Source of the DNA: an uncultured bacterium
Lineage (GTDB): Bacteria > Patescibacteriota > Saccharimonadia > Saccharimonadales > Saccharimonadaceae
Length of the DNA stretch: 64,000 bases
Assembly: GCA_938036155.1 (NCBI GenBank)
Contig: CALHPA010000004.1
Span: 5,376 to 69,375 of the forward strand
Direction: 5' to 3'
Below the pieces are notes generated by a model. That model searched no databases. It had not been told where the DNA came from and was given only the letters and a program-made list of their open reading frames with translations. Numbering within the stretch: the first letter of the stretch is position 1; every line of letters begins with the position of its first letter. Of this stretch, positions 1-9,461 are shown piece after piece. Made by a program: the position numbers and the translations under genes.

Positions 1-769
1 CAAAAAAAGGACGAATTAGTAAAAAAGCAATCCATAAGAATGCGGCAATTGAGATGAAGAATCCTGTAATTGTGGCAATACGAAGTGGTGCAACAGTAAA
101 ACTGGTAATTCCTTCAATTGCGAGATTAAAAAGTTTTGCATAATTCCATTTTGTTTCACCGGCTATACGGGCATTACGTTTATAAGTAATTTCTTTTTTT
201 TGAAAACCAACCCAAGAGAACATTCCTTTCGTGTAACGGTTAGATTCGCGGAGAGTTTTTAGAGCCTCAACTGCACGGCGATCGAGAAGTCGAAAGTCAC
301 CAGTGTCGCGTTGGATCTCAATTTGTGAAATTTTATCAAGTATGCTATAGAACCATTTCGAAGTTTGTTTTTTAAGCCAAGTTTCACCATCACGAGATTC
401 ACGTTTAGCATAAACGTCATCAAATCCTTCTTCCCAGAGATTGATCATTGCAGGGATTAACTCTGGTGGATCTTGTAAATCTGCGTCAATAATTACCAAT
501 GCATCTCCTTTTGCATAATCAAAACCTGCCAGCATTGCATTTTCTTTTCCAAAATTTCGGCTTAAATTGATATAGGAAATCCGTGAATCTTTTTGGCTTT
601 CATTCCTAATAATCTCCATCGTTTTGTCTTTTGAGCCATCATTAATGAAAAGAAATTCAAAATCATATTTTGAAGTATTTTTTGCTAAAAGATTAAGTCT
701 TTCGAAGAGTTTTGGCAGAGCTTTTTCTTCATTATAAGCTGGAATCATGATTGTGATGAGTTTCTTCAT
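1..769 (-). CDS. Family-2 glycosyltransferase of the polyprenol-phosphate sugar transferase type (GtrB/ArnC-like). The 3' end runs off the window.
   Basis: My translation of the minus strand from ATG 769-767 gives MKKLITIMIPAYNEEKALPKLFERL..FINDGSKDKT..NFGKENAMLAGFDYAKGDALVIIDADLQDPPELI..DTGDFRLLDRRAV. It has a GT-A DxD motif and a C-terminal TM segment. It is absent from the ORF track because there is no stop in the window. Confidence 0.8.
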   Translation of the reverse strand, partial: MKKLITIMIPAYNEEKALPKLFERLNLLAKNTSKYDFEFLFINDGSKDKTMEIIRNESQKDSRISYINLSRNFGKENAMLAGFDYAKGDALVIIDADLQDPPELIPAMINLWEEGFDDVYAKRESRDGETWLKKQTSKWFYSILDKISQIEIQRDTGDFRLLDRRAVEALKTLRESNRYTKGMFSWVGFQKKEITYKRNARIAGETKWNYAKLFNLAIEGITSFTVAPLRIATITGFFISIAAFLWIAFLLIRPFF

Positions 770-863
770 AGTAATTATATTATAGCACAAAATTACCAAA
801 AAATATAACCAAAATGTTGAAATTTTATTTGGCTTATGTTAAAATTAGTTCAGGAGAAGTAAC

Positions 864-1466
864 ATGAAAATAAACACACAAAATACCAAAAAAACTAAAA
901 CTATTATTTTTGCTATAATTATAATTTTGCTGGTCGCTGGTGCTGGTGGAATTTTCTGGTGGGCAAATTCAAATTCTCAAAAAAATAATGAGAAAAAAGA
1001 AGAAAATATCTCAAAAGTTGAAGAGAAAAAAGAAGATTCAAAAAAATCTGAAGAAACTAAAAAACAAGAAGCTGCAAAGGAAATCATTGATTCGAAAACT
1101 AAAAATACTAATACTGACCGCGCTGAAGGAACCGTTGAATCCTCGGGCTATACAAATTTTCCAACTTATACAACTGTTCAAGTTGAAGATGGTGCGGTTC
1201 GTGTTGCTGGGCAGATTTCAGGGCTTCTTTATGATGATGGAAATGGCAAATGTTCGTATACTCTAACGCATTCTGATGGAACTAAAATTGAACTTTCAAC
1301 CGAAATTTTAGAGAGTCCAAACAATAAATATTGTAAAGCAGTTTCAAAAAAAATTAGTGATAGTGAATTTAAAACTGGAAAATGGACAGCAGTAACAACT
1401 TATAAAAATTCAAAGCAAAAGCAAGAAGGAAGGTCGGATGCTCAAAGTTTTACAATCGAGAAGTAG
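864..1466 (+). CDS. Membrane-anchored hypothetical protein with a Lys/Glu-rich linker and a small 2-Cys beta-rich domain
   Basis: 200-aa ORF with an N-terminal TM (IIFAIIIILLVAGAGGIFWW) and an SD-like AGGAGAAG upstream. No family recognised. Confidence 0.5.
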   Translation: MKINTQNTKKTKTIIFAIIIILLVAGAGGIFWWANSNSQKNNEKKEENISKVEEKKEDSKKSEETKKQEAAKEIIDSKTKNTNTDRAEGTVESSGYTNFPTYTTVQVEDGAVRVAGQISGLLYDDGNGKCSYTLTHSDGTKIELSTEILESPNNKYCKAVSKKISDSEFKTGKWTAVTTYKNSKQKQEGRSDAQSFTIEK

Positions 1467-3714
1467 AGAATTTAAAAAGTCGATTTTAATCGGTGTGCCA
1501 GTTGTGGCAGTTATTGTTTTTAGCGCTCTAGCTATATTTAGAAATCTTTCTAACGCCGTTAAAGCAACTGATTTTAATCCTGGCCGAATTATCGATGATA
1601 GTATCTTTTATAATAAAGATGCAATGAATGTGTGGCAAATCCAAAGCTTTTTAAACAAGCAAATTGGTAGTTGTGATACTTGGGGTGCTGGCCCTTCTGG
1701 ACGAAATGATGGTAGGACTGCCGCTCAATTTGCTGCTGCACAAAATTCAAATTATTGGCATAAACCTCCATATGTATGTATAAATAATTACCATGAAAAC
1801 CCAAACACTGGCGAAACTTCTTTCGAAAAAGGTGGTGAATCTTTTGATGGTGGAGTTTCGGCTGCGCAGATTATTTATGATGCAGCTCAGAAATATGGAA
1901 TTAACCCACAAGTTTTATTAGTTCTACTAAAAAAAGAATCTCTTAATTTACTAGATGATAATTGGCCAGTAAAAACTCAATATAAATATGCGATGGGCTA
2001 TGCTTGCCCAGATTCTGGACCTGGATTTTCTGCTGCTTGTGCGGATTCGAAAGCTGGTTTTTATAAACAAATGACTTTGGCAGCTTGGCAGCTAAAATAT
2101 TATAAAGACCATCATAAAGATGGTGGTTATTCGCTAAAGCTTGGATGGAATAACATTCAATATTCACCAAATCCAGCTTGTGGTACAAAACGTGTTAATA
2201 TTGAGAATGTAGCAACCTTGAGTCTATATATTTATACACCGTATGTTCCAAATAATTCAGCGCTAGCAAATTATCCGGGAACTTCACATTGTGGAGCTTA
2301 TGGAAATCGTAATTTCTTTATGTTCTTTAATCAGTTATTTGGCTCGACTATTGATGATAAGGTTGAAATTGTTAAATCTAATGTGGCTTTGCCTAAAGAT
2401 TCTTATGCAGTTTCGGCTAACTCTTCGTTAAATTTAGATATTGAAAATGGCGCAATCAACTCAAATGGTGCTCGTGTTCAAATCTATACTGCAAATAGTT
2501 CTAAAGCGCAACAATTTTCATTCGAACAGACTGGCGATGGATATTACGTTATTAGAAACTTAGGATCGGGAAAAGTTCTTGATGTGGCCGGAGGAAGGAC
2601 TATTAACGGAGTTTCAGTTCAACTTTATGATTACAATGGAACTTGTGCACAAAAGTGGGCTCTAAGCAGAAAACCTAATGGAAAGATCGAGATTCTTTCT
2701 AAGTGTAATGGAAATAAAGCATTAGATATAGTTGGCGGAAATATAAATTCTTCTGGGATTAAACTTCAACTTTATAGTAGGAATGATACACCATCTCAAG
2801 AGTTTAATATTAAATCTTTATCTCAAGGCTTAAACGGAATATTTAAGATTTCGAATTTTGTATCTAATAAGGTTGTGGGTATTAAAAGTGAAGAAGCTTC
2901 TGCTCATATTACAGATTTTATCTCAAATAGTCCAATTCAACAATTTGAGATAAAAAGATATGATGGGGTGTTTTATAAAATTAAAAGTATATCTAGTGGA
3001 AGTTTTTTGGAAATAACTGAGAATGTAAATTCTAAGCAGCTACGCTTCAATAATGATAGACAAAATTCTTGTGAACAGCTTTGGTCAATTCGTGCAGATG
3101 AAAGAGGTGCTTATAAGATTCAAAATGCTTGTTCTGGAGGTTTTGTTATAGATGTTGTTAATGGTGCTATCAATACTAATGGTTCATATCTTCAAGGTTA
3201 TAGTTCCAATAATACTGATGCACAAAGATGGAAGATTGAGGATGTTAACATTATCAAGGCTTTAGACGAACAGACATCTAATAGCGATAAAATAGAAGGT
3301 AAGTATGTAGTTTCAACCATGACTACACTAGCAATGGATATAGCTAGTGGTAGAATGACCAATGGTGCAAGTCTACAAATATACAATCAAAATAAAACAC
3401 TTGCTCAAAATTTTACTATCGAAAAAACTTCAGATGATCTTTATATCATCCGTAGCGATAATGGTAAAGTAATCGATATATCTGGTGGTAGAATATCAAA
3501 TGGTACCAAGCTTCAACTTTATGATTATAATGGTACTTGTGCTCAAAAATGGAAAATTTTAAAGAGTAATAATGGATTATATGAAATTTTATCTGCTTGT
3601 GATTCTAACAAGACTATAGATGTATCTGGGGGGATGATAGGTGTGTCAGGTACTAAGTTGCAGCTATATTCAAGAAATCAGACTCTTTCTCAACAGTGGA
3701 AATTGAAACAATAG
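1438..3714 (+). CDS. Secreted or anchored protein: a conserved N-terminal wall-hydrolase-like domain plus three ricin-type beta-trefoil lectin (CBM13-like) domains
   Basis: N-terminal TM. The motif AAQIIYDAAQKYGINPQVLLVLLKKESL resembles lytic-transglycosylase/muramidase families. Three trefoil units (about 2410-2823, 2830-3240, 3296-3711) carry QxW-type motifs (AQKWAL, AQRWKIE, AQKWKIL, SQQWKLK). Confidence 0.75.
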   Translation: MLKVLQSRSREFKKSILIGVPVVAVIVFSALAIFRNLSNAVKATDFNPGRIIDDSIFYNKDAMNVWQIQSFLNKQIGSCDTWGAGPSGRNDGRTAAQFAAAQNSNYWHKPPYVCINNYHENPNTGETSFEKGGESFDGGVSAAQIIYDAAQKYGINPQVLLVLLKKESLNLLDDNWPVKTQYKYAMGYACPDSGPGFSAACADSKAGFYKQMTLAAWQLKYYKDHHKDGGYSLKLGWNNIQYSPNPACGTKRVNIENVATLSLYIYTPYVPNNSALANYPGTSHCGAYGNRNFFMFFNQLFGSTIDDKVEIVKSNVALPKDSYAVSANSSLNLDIENGAINSNGARVQIYTANSSKAQQFSFEQTGDGYYVIRNLGSGKVLDVAGGRTINGVSVQLYDYNGTCAQKWALSRKPNGKIEILSKCNGNKALDIVGGNINSSGIKLQLYSRNDTPSQEFNIKSLSQGLNGIFKISNFVSNKVVGIKSEEASAHITDFISNSPIQQFEIKRYDGVFYKIKSISSGSFLEITENVNSKQLRFNNDRQNSCEQLWSIRADERGAYKIQNACSGGFVIDVVNGAINTNGSYLQGYSSNNTDAQRWKIEDVNIIKALDEQTSNSDKIEGKYVVSTMTTLAMDIASGRMTNGASLQIYNQNKTLAQNFTIEKTSDDLYIIRSDNGKVIDISGGRISNGTKLQLYDYNGTCAQKWKILKSNNGLYEILSACDSNKTIDVSGGMIGVSGTKLQLYSRNQTLSQQWKLKQ

Positions 3715-3720
3715 TTTTTT

Positions 3721-3756
3721 AAAAGATCATCCTCTCTCGAGAGTGATCTTTTTTTT
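3721..3756 (+). terminator. Rho-independent terminator after the lectin gene
   Basis: Hairpin GATCA..CTC-TCGA-GAG..TGATC followed by a T8 run. Confidence 0.7.
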
Positions 3757-3787
3757 AATAGATTAATATGGTATAATTGTAAGCATA

Positions 3788-4612
3788 ATGACTAAAATGG
3801 GATTTTTTGATAAGAGAAACCGAGTCTTACTTGCTGAGCTCGTTAAAACAGATTTTAAATTAAGATACCAGGGGTCAGTTTTAGGGATTCTATGGTCAGT
3901 ATTAAAACCACTCATGATTTTTGTGGTGATGTACTTTGTTTTTGTTAAATTTTTACGAATTACTGACCCCTCAATCCCTAACTATGCAATTACGTTGCTT
4001 TTAGGACTTTCACTTTGGGCGTTCTTTACTGAGGCTGTAACACTAGGAATGACATCTATTGTTGCCCGCGGTGATTTGATGCGGAAAATTAATTTTCCAA
4101 AATATATTGTGATTCTTTCCTCGATGGTGAGTGCTTTAATCTCGCTTTCGATAAATCTTTTAGTAGTGCTAGCATTTGCAATATTTGCAGGGGTTAAGTA
4201 TCACCTAACAGTTTTGTGGCTACCTTTTAATATCATTCTGTTATTTGCAGTTGCTTTTGGTCTTGCGTTAATCTTGTCAACTCTATATGTTAAATTCCGT
4301 GATATTTCGCATATTTGGGAAGTTTTTATGCAGATTCTGGTATATTCAATGCCGATTATGTATCCAATTTCAATGGTATCAAAAGTCTCAATTTTTGGCG
4401 TATCAGTTGCGAAATTAATAATGCTTAATCCGATAGCATTAGTAATTCAGGATATTCGCCATAATTTAATCGCACCAGAAACGCCAACTTTCTGGACATT
4501 ATTCCAAAATCATTTGATTGCAATAATTCCAATCTCAATAGCAATATTTTTAGTTTTTTTCGGGCTTTGGTATTTTAACAAAAATTCAAAGAAATTTGCG
4601 GAGATTATGTAA
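3788..4612 (+). CDS. ABC-2 type polysaccharide/teichoic-acid export permease (Wzm/TagG-like)
   Basis: 274 aa with six predicted TM segments. The N-terminus (DFKLRYQGSVLGILWSVLKPL) is typical of ABC-2 permeases. TAATG overlap with the downstream ATPase. Confidence 0.85.
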   Translation: MTKMGFFDKRNRVLLAELVKTDFKLRYQGSVLGILWSVLKPLMIFVVMYFVFVKFLRITDPSIPNYAITLLLGLSLWAFFTEAVTLGMTSIVARGDLMRKINFPKYIVILSSMVSALISLSINLLVVLAFAIFAGVKYHLTVLWLPFNIILLFAVAFGLALILSTLYVKFRDISHIWEVFMQILVYSMPIMYPISMVSKVSIFGVSVAKLIMLNPIALVIQDIRHNLIAPETPTFWTLFQNHLIAIIPISIAIFLVFFGLWYFNKNSKKFAEIM

Positions 4613-5811
4613 TGGGAAAATACGCTTTAGAAGTGAAACATGTTTCGAAAAGTTTTCGTTTGCCGACAGAACAGGCGAGCGGTATTAAACAGGCTTTTGT
4701 AAACTGGACAAAAGGAATTAAAGGTTATAAAGAGCAACAGGTATTAAAAGATATTTCATTTAAAGTTGAAAAGGGCGATTTTTTTGGTATTGTTGGAAGA
4801 AATGGCTCAGGAAAATCAACTCTCTTAAAAATTATTTCACAAATTTATACTCCTGAAAAAGGAACTGTAAAAGTTAATGGGACGCTAATTCCATTTATTG
4901 AACTTGGTGTTGGATTTAATCCAGAACTTACTGGCCGTGAAAATATTTATCTCAATGGTGCACTTTTAGGTTTTTCGAAAGACGAGGTTTCGGCAATGTA
5001 TAATGAAATTGTGGAATTTGCTGAGCTTAAAGAATTCATGGATCAAAAACTAAAGAATTACTCTAGCGGAATGCAAGTCCGTTTGGCTTTTTCGATTGCA
5101 ATTAAAGCTCAGGGTGATATCCTGGTTCTAGATGAAGTCTTGGCGGTTGGTGATGAAGCTTTTCAACGAAAATGTGATGAATTCTTCTCAAAAATTAAAA
5201 AAGATAAGACTAAAACTGTTATTCTTGTGACACACTCTATGTCTTCTGTGCGTAGATATTGTAATAGGGCTATCATGATTAATCAAGGTGAAGTCGCTTC
5301 TCTTGGAAGTATCGATGAAGTTGTTGAAGCTTATACTCAATTAAATCTTGAAAAACTTGGAAAGAAAGAGTCTGAAACTCAAGAGGTCCTTGGCTTGAAT
5401 GATGAACTAACCAAATTAAAGATTAATGCAATTAGTAAAAAAATCGTATCAAATAAAGAGAATTTTGAATTTGAGGTAGAGTATAATTATATAGGTAAGA
5501 AAAAAATCTTTCTTGCAGTAGCTATGTTTGATCAAACTCGTGGTGGAATTGTCTACGATTCGAGCCAAGTTTATGTTGATTGTGGCGACCAAAAGGTAAG
5601 GTTTTCAATTCCAATGGAATTATTTAATAGTAGTGAGTTTAAGCTTACTGCTTCAATTCGAGATACTAATAAAAAATTGAGTGGTAATGAAAACTTAATT
5701 GGCTTTACGAATGATGAAAATTCCTTAATTTTTAAGCTTTCAAACAAAAAAGAAATTTCAGATTATGCATTGCTCAATAGTGAGGTTTTTAGGGTTGAAA
5801 GGATTAAATAA
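4612..5811 (+). CDS. Polysaccharide export ABC ATPase (Wzt/TagH-like) with a C-terminal extension domain
   Basis: Walker A GRNGSGKST, signature YSSGMQVRL and Walker B ILVLDE, plus an extra C-terminal domain of about 150 aa as in Wzt-type ATPases. Confidence 0.9.
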   Translation: MGKYALEVKHVSKSFRLPTEQASGIKQAFVNWTKGIKGYKEQQVLKDISFKVEKGDFFGIVGRNGSGKSTLLKIISQIYTPEKGTVKVNGTLIPFIELGVGFNPELTGRENIYLNGALLGFSKDEVSAMYNEIVEFAELKEFMDQKLKNYSSGMQVRLAFSIAIKAQGDILVLDEVLAVGDEAFQRKCDEFFSKIKKDKTKTVILVTHSMSSVRRYCNRAIMINQGEVASLGSIDEVVEAYTQLNLEKLGKKESETQEVLGLNDELTKLKINAISKKIVSNKENFEFEVEYNYIGKKKIFLAVAMFDQTRGGIVYDSSQVYVDCGDQKVRFSIPMELFNSSEFKLTASIRDTNKKLSGNENLIGFTNDENSLIFKLSNKKEISDYALLNSEVFRVERIK

Positions 5812-5892
5812 GGTTAATCTTTAGAATAGAAGATATCTTTTAGGCTATTAAGTTTAAACAATTGATACATTTATTGAGGAGAAGAATAGTAA

Positions 5893-6897
5893 ATGAAAAA
5901 TCCGTTAGTTTCTGTAGTTTGCACGAGTTTTAATAAGGAAAAATGGATTGCACAAGCGATTGAGAGCTTTTTGATGCAAGAAACCAATTTTGAGTTTGAG
6001 ATTCTAATTATTGATGATGCTTCTACCGATACATCGCCTAAAATTATCCGAAAATTTGCAAATGAAAATTCCGAGAAGATTCGTTTTTTCGAAAATGAAA
6101 AAAATTTAGGGATTGCGAAAACTTGGAAAAAAATATGTGATAAAGCTCGAGGTAAATATATAGCTCGGTGTGACGGTGACGATTATTGGATCAAGAAAGA
6201 TAAGCTACAAAAACAAGTCGATCTTCTTGAGAGTAATAAAGATTCAAAATGGTGTAATACTGAATTTCGAACCGAGAACGAAAAAGGTAAAATTCTTTTT
6301 AAAAAGTCTTTTGCTGAAAAGTTTGTAAAAATGCCTGAAGATTTTACCGAGATACTAATTTCTAAAGGTTTTACAAATGCTTCAACATGGTTAGTTGATG
6401 CTAAATTGATGAAGGAAATAAACAATACGCTTGATACTAAAACTCCTGATGACACATTTGATATACAGCTAGAATTATTTGTTAAGACTAAACTTTCAAC
6501 GATAGAAGAGCCGATGGTTGCTTATAGATTTGCTACAGGATCAGATTCCCACCCAGAAGATCTTTTGAAAATTCAAGAAAGAAATCAACGATTACTTCAA
6601 ACACAGATAAAATTTTTACAAAAATATCAAGAAAAAGTTAATTTTTTACAAGCAATTAAGGAACTCTTAGAAAAACAAACTATACTTGAGAACTATCTTG
6701 TAGAAAAAGAGATTTCAATTTTAGAGCGGAACAATCTATTAAATGATAGACAAAAATTCATAGAGGATCAAGGGGTAATCATCAAGCATTATGAAAATAG
6801 TGTAAAAAATTTAGAGAATAATATTAAAAAACTAAAAAAGCGAAAGTGGTTTGGTCTATATAAGATTATTCATAAATATAGTAGTAAGGAGAAATAA
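5893..6897 (+). CDS. GT2 glycosyltransferase with a C-terminal coiled coil
   Basis: VSVVCTSFNKEKWIAQAIES..LIIDDASTD..CDGDDYW (GT-A fold motifs). SD GAGGAG upstream. Confidence 0.85.
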   Translation: MKNPLVSVVCTSFNKEKWIAQAIESFLMQETNFEFEILIIDDASTDTSPKIIRKFANENSEKIRFFENEKNLGIAKTWKKICDKARGKYIARCDGDDYWIKKDKLQKQVDLLESNKDSKWCNTEFRTENEKGKILFKKSFAEKFVKMPEDFTEILISKGFTNASTWLVDAKLMKEINNTLDTKTPDDTFDIQLELFVKTKLSTIEEPMVAYRFATGSDSHPEDLLKIQERNQRLLQTQIKFLQKYQEKVNFLQAIKELLEKQTILENYLVEKEISILERNNLLNDRQKFIEDQGVIIKHYENSVKNLENNIKKLKKRKWFGLYKIIHKYSSKEK

Positions 6898-9461
6898 TGA
6901 AAAAAATTTTAATCATTTCAAATGGTCCAATTCCAGCGCCAGAAATTAAAACAGTCGAGGGTGGTGGCTTGCGTGCTTGGGGGCTTGCGAACGGCTTGAG
7001 GGAAAATTCGAAAGAACGATATGATGTTGAAGTTGCGTATAATCAAGTTTTTAAGCAAGAAGATTTTACGAGCGAGCTAAATGGAATTAAAATTTCAACC
7101 TGGGAAATTGCAAATTTGGGTGAAAAAATTCAAGATTTCGACTCGGTTTTGGTGAGCTATAATTCTGGTGATATTACTGAAACAGTGGTCGATAATATCC
7201 GCGATGACCAACAACTTATTTTGGATGGATATGTTCCTATTCATATTGAGATGTCTGCACGAAATTCAGATAATCTTGATCGTGAATATGATGCTTTTAA
7301 TTTCGAAAATAAAATCTGGACGAAAGCCTTGAAGCGAGGTGATATTTTACTATGTGCAAATGAAGCTCAAAAGAAATTTTATATAGGCGTGATGGCGCAA
7401 GTTGGCCGAATTAATCCAATTACTTATGGTGATGAAGATCTAATTCAAATTGTTCCATATGGAATTTATCGCGAAAAAGCTACAGCCAAAAAAGACCCAA
7501 TTTCGAAAATGGTGCAAGATAAAAAAGCTTTCAAGTTGCTTTGGTTCGGCGGAATTTACCCTTGGTTTGACCTTACGAATCTGCTTAAAGCGGTTAAAAA
7601 TGCCAGCGAAAAAGTTCCAGTTGAGCTAATTATGGTTGGTGTGAAAAATCCATTTAACCAGCATCCAGATTTCTTGAAAAAATACGAAGAAGTGATGGCA
7701 TATATTTCAAAAAATAAGATGGAAAAGATCGTTCATATTGCCGATTGGGTAAAATTCGAAGAGCGCGCTGAATGGTATTTGGGCAGTGACGCGGTGGTTC
7801 TCATCAATAATATTGGTGTCGAAAATACTTTGGCGTGGCGAACACGCTTGGTTGATTATGTTTGGGCAGATTTACCGATTGTTACTAATGGTGGTGACCC
7901 AATGAGTGATATTTTGGTGGCGAATGATGCAGTTTATATTTTGCCAAATCTTGAAGTTAAAACGATCGAAAACGAGATTATTAAGATTTCGAAAGATAAA
8001 AAATCGCTTGAACGAGTTTCAAAAAATCTTTCGAAGGTTCGCGAGTTGATCTATTGGGATAAAACAACTGAAAATCTTGCGGAACTGATTGTTAGAAATT
8101 ATAAACCTGCCGACGCTGGGCTTTTAAAGGAGGTTGAAATTATGAATTCACCAGTGGTTCAAGATACGGGCGAAGGCAGAATTGTTCGAGCTAAAAATGA
8201 AGTGCAACGAATCGTAAGCAAAGCTCTACGATATTACAAAAATAACGGTTTTGAAGCAGCTTATAAGATTGCATCGGACAAAATTGTACGGAAAATCAAA
8301 AATAAAACTGTGGCAAAAATTGATAAAACACCAAAAATCGTGTTAATTTCACATCAGCTTGACAATACTGGCGCACCCTTTGTAGCGATGGATTTGGCTT
8401 TTGAAATTCAAAGTCGTGCGAAAAAAATCGGCCGAAAATTAAAATTTATCGCTTTCACACCAATTAAAATGGAGAATATTCAAAAACTTAAGAAGGCAGG
8501 AATTGATGTTGAAGTTTATACTAACCGCAATCTTTGGTTGAATTATAATCAAGGTGATATCGTGATTTTAAACAGTTTTGGACTTTCGCGACCAATCACA
8601 CACACGGCAATTCAAGCGGCGAAGAGTGGTAAGCTTGACGCATTTTATTGGTATGGCCACGAGGCGACTCCAGATCGATTCGTTGACGAAGATACAAAGG
8701 AGATGTTCAAAGAATTGCTTGAAAACGACCAAGCTAAGCTTTATGGCGTTTCAAAAGGTAGTGTTGAAGCTTATAAAGAGTTCTTTGAAACTTCGAAAAA
8801 TACAGAGGTGATGACTTTCCGATTTAACTTCCCGAATGACCGATTCTCTGTAAAAGACGAAAAAGATTTCGATAAAATCGACTTCGTGATGACAGGTGCG
8901 GTTTCTGATGGGCGAAAAGGTCAATTGCCAATTCTTTATGCGTTTTTGAATTTTTACAATAATTTCTACAAGAAAAATCCTAAAAAATATCGTGATTTTA
9001 GCTTGAAATTTATTGGTGCCGACGATGTTGGATATATTAAAAAACAGATGGAAATTTCAGCAGAAGGTTTGGATGGAAAATGCGAAATTATTGGGCAAAT
9101 TCCGCACGATGATGTACTCGATTTGGTTGAAAAAGCCAATATGACAATCTGTTATTCATATCATGAATCAATGGGGATTTTCGTTTATGAAGGTATGGCT
9201 TTTGGTCACCCAATTATTCGAAATGACTGCTACGGGATGGAAGAACAAATTATTGATGGTAAAAATGGTTGGAGAGTTACAAATGTGAATTATCAAACTC
9301 TTTGTGATGCGATTGAAGAAAGCTTAAATCTTGAGAAAACTTCGAACAAAAAATTTGCGGAAATGTCGAAAGTTTCAGAAGATATCGCCAAAAAAGCGGC
9401 ACAAAATCAATATTTTATCATTGATGAAATTGAAAGGATTTTGAATGCAAAAGAAAATTAA
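6897..9461 (+). CDS. Large two-module glycosyltransferase (two GT-B/GT4-like halves)
   Basis: 854 aa. Both halves begin with GT-B style N-termini (KILIISNGPIP.., KIVLISHQLDNTGAPFV) and the second ends with an E-x7-E-like region (YHESMGIFVYEGMAFGHPII). Confidence 0.7.
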   Translation: MKKILIISNGPIPAPEIKTVEGGGLRAWGLANGLRENSKERYDVEVAYNQVFKQEDFTSELNGIKISTWEIANLGEKIQDFDSVLVSYNSGDITETVVDNIRDDQQLILDGYVPIHIEMSARNSDNLDREYDAFNFENKIWTKALKRGDILLCANEAQKKFYIGVMAQVGRINPITYGDEDLIQIVPYGIYREKATAKKDPISKMVQDKKAFKLLWFGGIYPWFDLTNLLKAVKNASEKVPVELIMVGVKNPFNQHPDFLKKYEEVMAYISKNKMEKIVHIADWVKFEERAEWYLGSDAVVLINNIGVENTLAWRTRLVDYVWADLPIVTNGGDPMSDILVANDAVYILPNLEVKTIENEIIKISKDKKSLERVSKNLSKVRELIYWDKTTENLAELIVRNYKPADAGLLKEVEIMNSPVVQDTGEGRIVRAKNEVQRIVSKALRYYKNNGFEAAYKIASDKIVRKIKNKTVAKIDKTPKIVLISHQLDNTGAPFVAMDLAFEIQSRAKKIGRKLKFIAFTPIKMENIQKLKKAGIDVEVYTNRNLWLNYNQGDIVILNSFGLSRPITHTAIQAAKSGKLDAFYWYGHEATPDRFVDEDTKEMFKELLENDQAKLYGVSKGSVEAYKEFFETSKNTEVMTFRFNFPNDRFSVKDEKDFDKIDFVMTGAVSDGRKGQLPILYAFLNFYNNFYKKNPKKYRDFSLKFIGADDVGYIKKQMEISAEGLDGKCEIIGQIPHDDVLDLVEKANMTICYSYHESMGIFVYEGMAFGHPIIRNDCYGMEEQIIDGKNGWRVTNVNYQTLCDAIEESLNLEKTSNKKFAEMSKVSEDIAKKAAQNQYFIIDEIERILNAKEN

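Noticed and set aside
940-1266. 108-aa plus-strand ORF inside 864-1466, together with many 60-170-aa antisense or off-frame ORFs in the track (for example 1589-1804, 6183-6455, 10714-10965, 12878-13177, 28755-29276, 36199-36591, 38347-38754, 45084-45467, 60512-60754, 61272-61544)
   Set aside because: All lie entirely within longer ORFs that have clear family signatures. Their products are low-complexity or Lys/Phe/Ile-rich, as expected from AT-rich shadow frames, and none has its own SD or promoter.
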